Shown here piece after piece: positions 18,144-26,103 of a stretch of 64,000 nt of DNA. The position numbers were made by a program, and so were the translations under genes. The stretch spans positions 3,935-67,934 of the forward strand of contig JADHUV010000003.1 in the NCBI GenBank assembly GCA_016784355.1. The letters run 5' to 3'. Position 1 is the stretch's first letter. Each line of letters opens with the position of its first letter. This stretch comes from Nitrospira sp. Lineage in GTDB: Bacteria > Nitrospirota > Thermodesulfovibrionia > UBA6902. The notes under the pieces were generated by a model that saw nothing but the letters and a program-made list of their open reading frames with translations, was not told the origin of the DNA and ran no database searches.

Positions 18144-21101
18144 TTACACCAGAGTTTTCAGCGGCAGTCTTATTGTAAAGCTCGTACCCACGCCTTTTTC
18201 AGAATTTACATCTATAGTGCCGCCGTGGTCTTTAATTATACTGTAGCAGATGCTGAGGCCGAGACCGGTACCCTTGGCAGGGCCCTTTGTGGTAAAGAAC
18301 GGGTCAAAGAGCTTGTCCTGGTTTTCCGTGTTTATGCCCTCTCCTGAATCTGAAATTATGATCTCAATAAAGCCCTTTTTTTCGCGTATCAGGATTGTGA
18401 TACTGCCGCCATCCGGCATCGCGTCCCTTGCATTTAGCATGAGGTTTAAAAAAACCTGCTGCATCTGGTCAGGGTCGATAGTTAGTTTCGGAATCTCCCG
18501 TATATCCGTACTTAACTCTATTTTCCTGAAGTTTTTGTCATAACGGATGAGGTTGATTGTATTTTCCAGGATATCCTGGAGATCCGTGGAAATTTTCTGC
18601 CTGGGGTTAAGGCGTGCAAAGTCACCTAAATTACGCACAATTCTTGCTATTCGATCAATGTGACGGTTGATGGTGAATAAGGATTCCGTTACAAAAGGTA
18701 ACGTCTCTTCAGCTGTTATCTCCTGTACAAGAGAGGAGATGGAGGCCAGTGGATTGCCTATCTCATGGGCAACCCCGGCTGCAAGCCTTCCTATGCTTGC
18801 ATGTTTGTTTGTACGGAAGAGTTCTTCCTCTATTTTCTGTTTTTCTGTAATATTTTCCAGGACTAAAACATAGCCCCGCTGATTGCCCGTAAGCTTGCTC
18901 AGGTGCACCTTCAGGGTCATGCCGGGTTCTTTCCCCAGTGTACGCTGGCAGATTACCTCCCCCTCTCTTATTTCCGGTTGGAACAGGTCTATCTCCATGC
19001 ATTTAAGCAGGTGAGTGACCTTTACCCCGAGAGCATTATTCTCTGTTACGCCTGTTATACTTCGCATTGCATCATTCCAGTATCTGACGTGCAGTGTTTC
19101 ATTAAGTACAGCTATGCCGAGCGGTATGCTGGCGATAATGTTTTCACTGAATTCCTTAAGAAGTGCAAGCTGTCTGTTTTTTTCAGCGAGTTCCTGACGC
19201 GAGAATCTCAAACTACTTGAAATCTTCTTGACAGAATCAGATAACTGGAGCTTTTCCTCAGGGGTCAGTATGGTCCTGTCCTGAAAGATGAGACTGCTTA
19301 TGGATGGACTCAGTCTGCCTGCGAGCAGTATTTCAGCCTCTCCTCTGAGTTTAATAAGAGATGAGTCTTCCATGGATTCTCGTGTAAGTGAGTTGCGTTC
19401 CATGAAATTATTGATAAATACCGAGGCATCCGGGCGTCCTATATATTGGATAAGGGTATTTTCTGTCTCTGATATGCTCTTCGGTGTTTCAGAAAATCCC
19501 AGATCATGCGGATCGTATGCATCAACATAAATGATCGTCTGCCGTGTTTCCTCGTAGGATTGTTTAGTAAAGATGGACACAAGGACGTAAAGCGATATAT
19601 TGAGAAACAGTCCCCAGAAGAGTGAATGACTCCAGCGGTCAAGTCCCTCAAGCCCGAAAAGCGCATAAGGGTTCAGGAAGGTCGTGTTAAAGAGTACGCC
19701 GAGAGTTCCTTCTTCCACAATGATTCCAGCCTTCATAAGGGCCGGTATCATAAGAGTATAAATCCAGATGCTGAAGCCGGCAAGTATACCTGCGATAGCT
19801 CCTTTTTTATTTCCGCCCTTCCAATATAGTCCCAGCAGGAGGCTCGGGGCAAAAATAGTGACCGCCTCAAATGATTTAAGGCCGATATCCGCAAGGCTGT
19901 AAAAATCTCCTATGTATACGGCGAAGGCGTACCCCATAAATACCAGGCCGATGATGATTATCCTCCTGGTATTGAGGATCATCACATAAAAGCCTTTCAT
20001 AGCATTCATGCTCCAGACGGCGGGCATGACCAGACTGTTCATCACCATTGTGCTCAGGGCAAGGGACTCAACGATTATCATGGCCGTTGCAGCTGAGAAG
20101 CCGCCTATAAAGGCCAGCAGCGCAAGCATTGGTACGCCGCTGTTCATTGGAATAGTCAGGACGAAAAAGTCCGCACTCTGCTGGGACTCCCCTAAGAGAA
20201 GTCCGCCGTATGCGATCGGCAGCACAAAGATATTGATGAGAAATAAATATAAAGGAAAAAGCCACATAGCCTTTTTTATGTGCTCAATAGAAGAGTTTTC
20301 AACGACAGCGACATGAAACTGTCTTGGCAGAAACATGATGGCCATCATCGAGAGAAAGGTCAGAGATGTCCATTCGAGATAACTGACATTTGATTCTTCG
20401 CCGAGCATCATCAGGTATGCGAATTCTGAGTGCTCAATTTTAGTGAAAATATCCGTTATCCCGTCAAATAATCCATAAGTCACGGAAAAGCCTACTGCCA
20501 TAAAAGCGATTAGCTTTACAGCCGACTCAAAGGCGACCGCAAAAACCAGTCCGCTGTGCCGCTCAGAGACATCCAGTTTTCTTGCACCGAAAAAGATCGC
20601 AAACAGACCAATGATTATCGATATGATCCATCCGGCAAAATGGCTGCTTCCCGGCTGGCCCGAGAGAAGCGAAAAAGTAGTCATTATGGCCTTAAGCTGA
20701 AGACCGAGGTAAGGTATGATGCCTATGACCGCCACAAGTGTGATGAGGGCCGAGAGGAATATGGAATTACCATAACGTGAGGCGATGAAGTCTGAGATCG
20801 TGGTAATACGGTTCTGCTTTGAGAGATATACGATCTTCTTAAGTACTATCCACCATAGCGCTGCCATAAGGGTAGGGCCGATGTAGATGGTCAAAAAGCT
20901 GAGTCCGGAATTGGCCGCCTTGCCTACGCTGCCGTAAAAGGTCCAGGAGGTACAATAGACAGCAAGCGAGAGGGCGTATACATATGGATTAGAGACAAGG
21001 CTTCTGCCTGCACGTTCCTGCTTTTCAGCATAATGAGCAACTAGAAACAGGACAATAAGATAGGCAGATATGATTGAGAACAGGACGGTAGCTGAAAACA
21101 A
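18144..21101 (-). CDS. Hybrid sensor histidine kinase with N-terminal SSS (sodium:solute symporter) domain, then PAS, HisKA and HATPase_c; CbrA-like
   Basis: 984 aa. ~13 TM SLC5-like N-domain, PAS, H-box (AHEIGNPL), N/G boxes (DSGEGI, GTGLGLSI). TTG start 1 nt after the upstream small ORF stop. Confidence 0.85.
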   Translation of the reverse strand: MFSATVLFSIISAYLIVLFLVAHYAEKQERAGRSLVSNPYVYALSLAVYCTSWTFYGSVGKAANSGLSFLTIYIGPTLMAALWWIVLKKIVYLSKQNRITTISDFIASRYGNSIFLSALITLVAVIGIIPYLGLQLKAIMTTFSLLSGQPGSSHFAGWIISIIIGLFAIFFGARKLDVSERHSGLVFAVAFESAVKLIAFMAVGFSVTYGLFDGITDIFTKIEHSEFAYLMMLGEESNVSYLEWTSLTFLSMMAIMFLPRQFHVAVVENSSIEHIKKAMWLFPLYLFLINIFVLPIAYGGLLLGESQQSADFFVLTIPMNSGVPMLALLAFIGGFSAATAMIIVESLALSTMVMNSLVMPAVWSMNAMKGFYVMILNTRRIIIIGLVFMGYAFAVYIGDFYSLADIGLKSFEAVTIFAPSLLLGLYWKGGNKKGAIAGILAGFSIWIYTLMIPALMKAGIIVEEGTLGVLFNTTFLNPYALFGLEGLDRWSHSLFWGLFLNISLYVLVSIFTKQSYEETRQTIIYVDAYDPHDLGFSETPKSISETENTLIQYIGRPDASVFINNFMERNSLTRESMEDSSLIKLRGEAEILLAGRLSPSISSLIFQDRTILTPEEKLQLSDSVKKISSSLRFSRQELAEKNRQLALLKEFSENIIASIPLGIAVLNETLHVRYWNDAMRSITGVTENNALGVKVTHLLKCMEIDLFQPEIREGEVICQRTLGKEPGMTLKVHLSKLTGNQRGYVLVLENITEKQKIEEELFRTNKHASIGRLAAGVAHEIGNPLASISSLVQEITAEETLPFVTESLFTINRHIDRIARIVRNLGDFARLNPRQKISTDLQDILENTINLIRYDKNFRKIELSTDIREIPKLTIDPDQMQQVFLNLMLNARDAMPDGGSITILIREKKGFIEIIISDSGEGINTENQDKLFDPFFTTKGPAKGTGLGLSICYSIIKDHGGTIDVNSEKGVGTSFTIRLPLKTLV

Positions 21102-21275
21102 TTATCCCTCGCTTTTATTGTTTTTTTTAAAACGGGTGCAGAAAAATATAAGGACGATAAATATAAACCACGCAAGAAACAGGTATTTGGACAGGTTGAG
21201 CTTGAAGATGCTCAGGATCGGCCATCCAAAAAATATGCATCCGATAACAAATAGTATTATAAAGAGGTCCTGCAT
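21102..21275 (-). CDS. Small 57-aa two-TM protein translationally coupled to the SSS-histidine kinase (not in supplied ORF track)
   Basis: Hand translation: MQDLFIILFVIGCIFFGWPILSIFKLNLSKYLFLAWFIFIVLIFFCTRFKKNNKSEG. Stop TAA at 21102-21104 abuts the HK TTG at 21101. Confidence 0.4.
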   Translation of the reverse strand: MQDLFIILFVIGCIFFGWPILSIFKLNLSKYLFLAWFIFIVLIFFCTRFKKNNKSEG

Positions 21276-21331
21276 ATCGGGTATTATAATAAAATAGAGT
21301 GTTTATATACAGTTAAATAAAGGGGGTTGAG

Positions 21332-21649
21332 ATGGAAAAAGAAAAGGCGCCACCGGTTCCGCGTGACAGGGGGGAGACGGTCAGGCAGGGGATAATCAGT
21401 GTGATAACCGGGCATGAACTTTCGGCTAAAGAAATCTCCTCAGAGGTGAGTGCCTCGGAAAAGGAGGTCTATGGACACCTTGAGCATATACAGCGCTCAT
21501 TTCATGGAAAAAAGCAGGGCCTGACAGTAGTGCCCCCGGTGTGCAGGGCCTGCGGGTTTGAGTTTAAGAAAAGGGAGCGTCTCAGGAGACCTGGAAAGTG
21601 TCCGGTATGCAGGGGTGAGAGTATCAGTGAACCCTTGTTTTCCCTATAG
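21332..21649 (+). CDS. Transcriptional regulator, HTH domain fused to C-terminal CxxC...CxxC zinc ribbon (COG3357-like)
   Basis: 105 aa. C-terminal CRACGFEFKKRERLRRPGKCPVCRG. Strong SD AAAGGGGG before the ATG. Confidence 0.5.
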   Translation: MEKEKAPPVPRDRGETVRQGIISVITGHELSAKEISSEVSASEKEVYGHLEHIQRSFHGKKQGLTVVPPVCRACGFEFKKRERLRRPGKCPVCRGESISEPLFSL

Positions 21650-21702
21650 AAGCGGTCTTTAAATTACTCTTTATTTATCTCTTGAAAAGAGTGATTTTCA
21701 GG

Positions 21703-21730
21703 TTTGATTTTTTATTCCCTACTGTTATAA
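21703..21730 (+). promoter_or_regulatory. Sigma-70-type promoter TTGATT-N16-TATAAT
   Basis: Near-consensus -35 and perfect -10, ~150 nt upstream of the ORF at 21879. Confidence 0.45.
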
Positions 21731-21878
21731 TGAAACTACATGAAGCGGCAGGTCAATGACCTGATAAATCGGCCTGGCAGGCCAAAAAAATAGAAGTACC
21801 TTCATAAAATCTGCTGTAATAGTATTCAACATAAAGTCATTTTAATACTGCCAGGCAAAATAAAGAGATGCAAATTTA

Positions 21879-22223
21879 ATGACAACGGTTATTAACTTAA
21901 ACTTGCTGAACTTCCTGAAGGTGAATCAGGAGAGTGTTGCTGTCAAGGACAACAATGTACGTTCACGCGTGTCCTCACAGGTTAATGACGAAAGCAGCAG
22001 GAAGCCCAGGGATCATTTTGATATAATTGATGTGACCCCTATAAACAGGGTCACAGATGATACAGAGACTGTAGTTGGTGAGCCCCTCAGGCTGGTCCAT
22101 ACGGATGATGCAGACTTCCCTACACGATTTATTCCGCAGAATGTGAACCTTAGTTACAACCGGGAGGGGCAGCAGACCCTGGAGTATGAGACTAAGGGCG
22201 TCTATTTTGATGCGTATGTGTAG
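21879..22223 (+). CDS. Hypothetical protein (114 aa, no TM, no recognisable motif)
   Basis: ORF only; long structured leader upstream; weak SD. Confidence 0.3.
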   Translation: MTTVINLNLLNFLKVNQESVAVKDNNVRSRVSSQVNDESSRKPRDHFDIIDVTPINRVTDDTETVVGEPLRLVHTDDADFPTRFIPQNVNLSYNREGQQTLEYETKGVYFDAYV

Positions 22224-22367
22224 TACCATTTTTTCCCCTTTATTTGTATAGCCTTTCCTGATTTTCCGCATTTTCCACCAGAGATTATTTAAGAATTTAT
22301 AGTTCTGTCCCGATATGTACCACATGATTGCCTGGCAATTATCTAAAATCATGGGAGGTAAGAATCG

Positions 22368-22496
22368 ATGAAGAAAATACTGACAATGGGCTGTATGCTG
22401 CTTATGGTGGCTGCCTTGATGCTTGTTACCGGCTGCGGCGGCAGTGGTTCTAGTACAACAGGTAGTGGCACTTCTATTACTGGAAGCGGCAAATAA
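22368..22496 (+). CDS. Small lipoprotein/lipopeptide precursor (42 aa): signal peptide, LVTGC lipobox, Gly/Ser/Thr tail
   Basis: MKKILTMGCMLLMVAALMLVTGCGGSGSSTTGSGTSITGSGK. GGGAGG SD 9 nt upstream. Not in ORF track (<60 aa). Confidence 0.45.
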   Translation: MKKILTMGCMLLMVAALMLVTGCGGSGSSTTGSGTSITGSGK

Positions 22497-22525
22497 TAAA
22501 GGACTCAATTTATGGAGGATTTATA

Positions 22526-24217
22526 ATGAAGGTATTTGGCAAAGCAGGCTTTATAATTATCGCACTCATAGCAGTATTTATTATCTCGTCTTCGATGGCG
22601 ATGGCCCTGACCGCCGGACAGGTTTATACGGTATCGGCCAGTAAGGTTAATTCTGACGGTACTGTGGCGTCTGCTGCTGCGTCTTCTTCGGCAACAGCGG
22701 ATTCTGATGGTAAGATAACCTTTTCCTTAAGCGGTATTCCAAATAACAGTGCATGTAACTTTCTTGTACTGAGTATTGAGGAAAGTAGCGGCACAACAGT
22801 CAGGCGTTCTATTGTGCCGTGTCCTGCTGACGGGGCTGCCCTTCCGGCGGGTGTTTCTGATCTGACGAATTCTCAGACCGATGCCCTGCTTGCCGCGCTC
22901 GAGGCGGCCGGGACTGATGATCCGATCCTTGCGGTATTCGGGCTTGCTATTGTGCGCTCTACCTCGATCAATGCTACAGAGCTGGCGTTTATGGCCAGCA
23001 TGTGTAATCAGGGTATTAATAATACGGGCGGTTTTATTTCTCACCTGACAACCAGCGGGGTGACAACTGCTCAGATAGCACTTTACCGTGCTGCGATTAT
23101 ATCGAAACTGGCTGACACGTCTTCGGGTTACAGTAAACTTATAAAAGACTCTGTAGATGCCTCTTCAGACAGCGGTGCGCTGGATGCCCGCGGTGAGGCG
23201 GCCTCTGTACTTCTTCAGATACTTGTAGAGGCGGCAACGGACGCTGGATTCTCACAGGACAGAATACTTGAGGCCTTCAATGCGATGGGTGATGTCGTAA
23301 TGCCAGTTATGGATGCGGCCGTTACAGCCGGTACTCTGGGTGCTACCACAAAGCAGATGATTGATTCGAGCATCGGCGGCGGTATTCAGAAGCTAAAGGC
23401 CGATAAGGATATACAAAAGTATGCAGCTGCGCTTACACTTCTGGGCGCATCAGGAACGGATGTAACTGATTATCAGGCTGCGGCTACGACTCTGATGAAT
23501 GCCATGACCACGGCCTTTCAGGCCTTTGAGCAGGTCTTTGACGGCACTGAGACGGATAGTACTATACAGGCAGCCCAGAACACGATGGACACTGCGATGC
23601 AGGCGGCATTTAATCAGTTTTTAACGGATACAGCAGCCATTGATAGCAGAATTGTGACAATGATTTTAAATATTGAAAGTGCACTCGGGCTGAATCCAGG
23701 TGACACGGGACTCAATTCCGCTAATTTTAAGTTCTATCAGTCTAACGGTTCAACTGTAAACTGGCCTCTGACCATGGTTATCCTGACTGACTGGATATCC
23801 AGTGTAGTGACTGAAGGCGGGGAGGTTACATATACGCGCGATAGCACTGCGGTGCCAAGTAATTATGGCGATTGCGACGATAATCAATATTATAAGCAAA
23901 GTGATTGTACTGATAACGGCGGTACATGGACAGCGAGAGCAAGAACTGACTACGGTCCTGGAGGGCAGAGTGTTCCTACCAGCTATGCAACCATTTTTGG
24001 GATTCAGGAGGACATTATGATTCTCGAGTTCGTCAGATGGGCTGCCCAGGAAGCTGCGGGGCAGGACATGGGAGTTCATACAACACTTGAAAAGGCATTC
24101 TCTGACGGCGTCGCAGCATTGGCCTCTAACATTGGCGGAACCACCGATGGTGCTACAGCAATTGCTGCTGCAGTGAAGGCCGCTATAGTTACTCTGATGA
24201 AATCACCGCAGTTCTAA
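22526..24217 (+). CDS. Secreted Ala/Thr/Ser-rich protein of unknown function (signal peptide; C-terminal Cys-containing segment)
   Basis: 563 aa. N-terminal signal peptide (…SSSMAMA/LTAG). Low-complexity A/T/S/G/D-rich body. No recognisable catalytic motif. Confidence 0.6.
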   Translation: MKVFGKAGFIIIALIAVFIISSSMAMALTAGQVYTVSASKVNSDGTVASAAASSSATADSDGKITFSLSGIPNNSACNFLVLSIEESSGTTVRRSIVPCPADGAALPAGVSDLTNSQTDALLAALEAAGTDDPILAVFGLAIVRSTSINATELAFMASMCNQGINNTGGFISHLTTSGVTTAQIALYRAAIISKLADTSSGYSKLIKDSVDASSDSGALDARGEAASVLLQILVEAATDAGFSQDRILEAFNAMGDVVMPVMDAAVTAGTLGATTKQMIDSSIGGGIQKLKADKDIQKYAAALTLLGASGTDVTDYQAAATTLMNAMTTAFQAFEQVFDGTETDSTIQAAQNTMDTAMQAAFNQFLTDTAAIDSRIVTMILNIESALGLNPGDTGLNSANFKFYQSNGSTVNWPLTMVILTDWISSVVTEGGEVTYTRDSTAVPSNYGDCDDNQYYKQSDCTDNGGTWTARARTDYGPGGQSVPTSYATIFGIQEDIMILEFVRWAAQEAAGQDMGVHTTLEKAFSDGVAALASNIGGTTDGATAIAAAVKAAIVTLMKSPQF

Positions 24218-24224
24218 ACTGCGA

Positions 24225-24270
24225 GGTGTTACGGGGGTGTCCTGGTTTAAGGGGCACCCCCCTTTTTTTG
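24225..24270 (+). terminator. Rho-independent terminator (GGGGGTG...CACCCCC, T7)
   Basis: GC-rich hairpin followed by TTTTTTT, just after the stop of the 563-aa gene. Confidence 0.55.
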
Positions 24271-24295
24271 TTTGTTGAAATGGTTTTCGTTTAAC

Positions 24296-24361
24296 TGTCA
24301 TTCTGAATTCAGTTCAGAATCTGGTAGTTCCGGGGATTCCGGATCAAGTCCGGAATGACAG
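24296..24361. repeat. 66-bp structured repeat, copy 1 (outer stem TGTCATT/AATGACA enclosing two 8-bp hairpins)
   Basis: Seen in sequence; paired with copy 2 at 24404-24469. Confidence 0.6.
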
Positions 24362-24403
24362 GCAGGGTTGGGAAGTGTTTTCAAATAATACTTTATTGAA
24401 ATA

Positions 24404-24469
24404 TGTCATTCTGAATTTAGTTCAGAATCTGGTTGTACTGGGGATCCTGAAACGAGTTCAGGATGACAA
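24404..24469. repeat. 66-bp structured repeat, copy 2 (second hairpin diverged with compensatory changes)
   Basis: First 30 nt almost identical to copy 1. Hairpin 2 is ATCCTGAA-ACGAG-TTCAGGAT here versus ATTCCGGA-TCAAG-TCCGGAAT in copy 1. Confidence 0.6.
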
Positions 24470-24508
24470 TTGTGACCAAACCTCGAAGATGACAGGCGGT
24501 GATCTGGT

Positions 24509-24886
24509 TTACTTAGCCGGTTCAGTCGCTGGCTCTACAGGTGTCCCCTGAACCTCACCCTGTCCGGGTGCTGCAGGCTGTACTTCACCTTCAATAGGTC
24601 CTGCGGTTGCACTCTTTGATGCAGGTTCCTGTATGGGCACGGATGACATTACTGAGCCTTTTCTGACAGTGACAACCGCCAGCGTAAGGGAAGTGATCAT
24701 AAACATTATTGCAGCGGCAGTTGTGAGTTTGCTCATTACTGTGGTAGCGCCCCTGCTTCCAAAGAGAGTCTGGTTGGATCCCCCGAAGGCAGCACCCATC
24801 TCAGCGCCCTTGCTGCTCTGAATGAGAATTATGAATATAAGGAAAAGACAGACTATTATGTGAAGAACAACCATGAATGTATACAT
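24509..24886 (-). CDS. secG: Preprotein translocase subunit SecG (with Pro/Glu/Ala-rich C-terminal extension)
   Basis: N-terminal TM plus LIQSSKGAEMGAAFGG SecG signature; conserved tpiA-secG linkage. Confidence 0.8.
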   Translation of the reverse strand: MYTFMVVLHIIVCLFLIFIILIQSSKGAEMGAAFGGSNQTLFGSRGATTVMSKLTTAAAIMFMITSLTLAVVTVRKGSVMSSVPIQEPASKSATAGPIEGEVQPAAPGQGEVQGTPVEPATEPAK

Positions 24887-24889
24887 TTA

Positions 24890-25633
24890 TTAACCTCTTG
24901 CGCCTTTTACAAGTTCAGAAAAACTTTCGGGCTGTAAAGCTGCACCGCCTACCAGAGCACCATCAATCTCGGGTTGAGACATAAGTCCCTTTACATTATC
25001 CGGCTTTACGCTTCCGCCGTACTGAATCCTGACTTTTTCCGCGCCTTCTTTATTAGCAGCAAGCCATTTGCGTATATGAACATGGGCTTCATTTGCCTGT
25101 TCATCGCTTGCGGTCTTGCCTGTGCCGATCGCCCATACAGGCTCATAGGCTATTGTTATTTCATCAAGGGGTAAGTCTTTAAGGGAGCCCTTAAGCTGTG
25201 TATCCAGGATATCAAAGGTTTTCCCCGATTCCCTTTCTTCCAGAGTTTCACCTATGCAGAGAATGACTTTCAATCCCTTATTTCTTGCAAGTTTTATTTT
25301 TTTATTTACTGTCTCATCAGTCTCCCCGAAATACTGCCTGCGCTCGGAATGTCCGATGATTACATGTGTGCAGCCGACAGCGATGAGCATATCAGGTGAT
25401 ATCTCGCCCGTAAACGCACCCTTTTCCTCAAGGTACACATTCTGGGCCGCAAGAAATACATTGGACCCCTTTAGAAGGCGAGACGCTGTTTCAAGCGATG
25501 TATAGGGAGGTGCAATAAGGATATCGACATCATTGATGTCTTTTACCATCGGCAAAAATGCATTAATAAATGCCTCAGTCTCACCGATTGTTTTCTGCAT
25601 CTTCCAGTTGGCTGCAATAAAGGGTCTTCTCAT
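24890..25633 (-). CDS. tpiA: Triosephosphate isomerase
   Basis: MRRPFIAANWKM ... AYEPVWAIGTG ... full-length TIM. Confidence 0.95.
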   Translation of the reverse strand: MRRPFIAANWKMQKTIGETEAFINAFLPMVKDINDVDILIAPPYTSLETASRLLKGSNVFLAAQNVYLEEKGAFTGEISPDMLIAVGCTHVIIGHSERRQYFGETDETVNKKIKLARNKGLKVILCIGETLEERESGKTFDILDTQLKGSLKDLPLDEITIAYEPVWAIGTGKTASDEQANEAHVHIRKWLAANKEGAEKVRIQYGGSVKPDNVKGLMSQPEIDGALVGGAALQPESFSELVKGARG

Positions 25634-25745
25634 AGCTCATAATATTAGACAAACAGGGCATTGAATGTCAAGGAATTGCATGAATGGTTTTGGTAGCATA
25701 GAAGAATGTGGTATTCTTTTAAATATAATTAAAGAGGAGGAGTAC

Positions 25746-26054
25746 ATGACAAATATACCGGGTAATTATCAGAAAATGAAAGAGGCCTTTCCAGAGCTTA
25801 TTGCCTCGTATGAGTCAGCAGGGAATATTGCAAGAAAGGCCGGGCCGCTGGATGAGAAGACCGGACATCTTGTACAGCTTGCGGCATCAGCTGCAGCAGG
25901 CTCTGAGGGAGGTGTGCACTCTCATGCAAAAAGGGCATTAAAGGCAGGGGCTTCAAAAGAAGAGGTGCTGCACGCGGTTGCCCTCTTAATCAACACGATA
26001 GGCTTCCCATCAACAGCCGCTGCCTTCTCCTGGGTATCAGATGTAATAGATTAA
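25746..26054 (+). CDS. Carboxymuconolactone decarboxylase / AhpD-like family protein
   Basis: ~102 aa from the ATG with GGAGGAG SD (internal Met of track ORF 25665..26054). CMD-like helical core. Confidence 0.55.
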   Translation: MTNIPGNYQKMKEAFPELIASYESAGNIARKAGPLDEKTGHLVQLAASAAAGSEGGVHSHAKRALKAGASKEEVLHAVALLINTIGFPSTAAAFSWVSDVID

Positions 26055-26061
26055 AACTAAT

Positions 26062-26092
26062 AAAGGGCAGGCCCAAAAGCCTGCCCTCCCTA
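26062..26092. terminator. Hairpin GGGCAGGC-CCAAAA-GCCTGCCC between convergent genes
   Basis: 8-bp perfect stem; T-rich on the minus-strand side (downstream of ugd). Confidence 0.45.
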
Positions 26093-26103
26093 TTCCCTAA
26101 CAC

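Noticed and set aside
21774-21793. GGCCTG-G-CAGGCC hairpin followed by A7, considered as a terminator
   Set aside because: The A-run follows the stem on the plus strand and a T-run precedes it on the minus strand, which is the wrong orientation for an intrinsic terminator on either strand. It is treated instead as part of the structured leader.
21975-22508. 177-aa minus-strand ORF
   Set aside because: It runs antisense across the 21879 ORF, the lipopeptide gene with its strong SD, and the promoter region. It is Cys/His-rich with no SD, so probably spurious.
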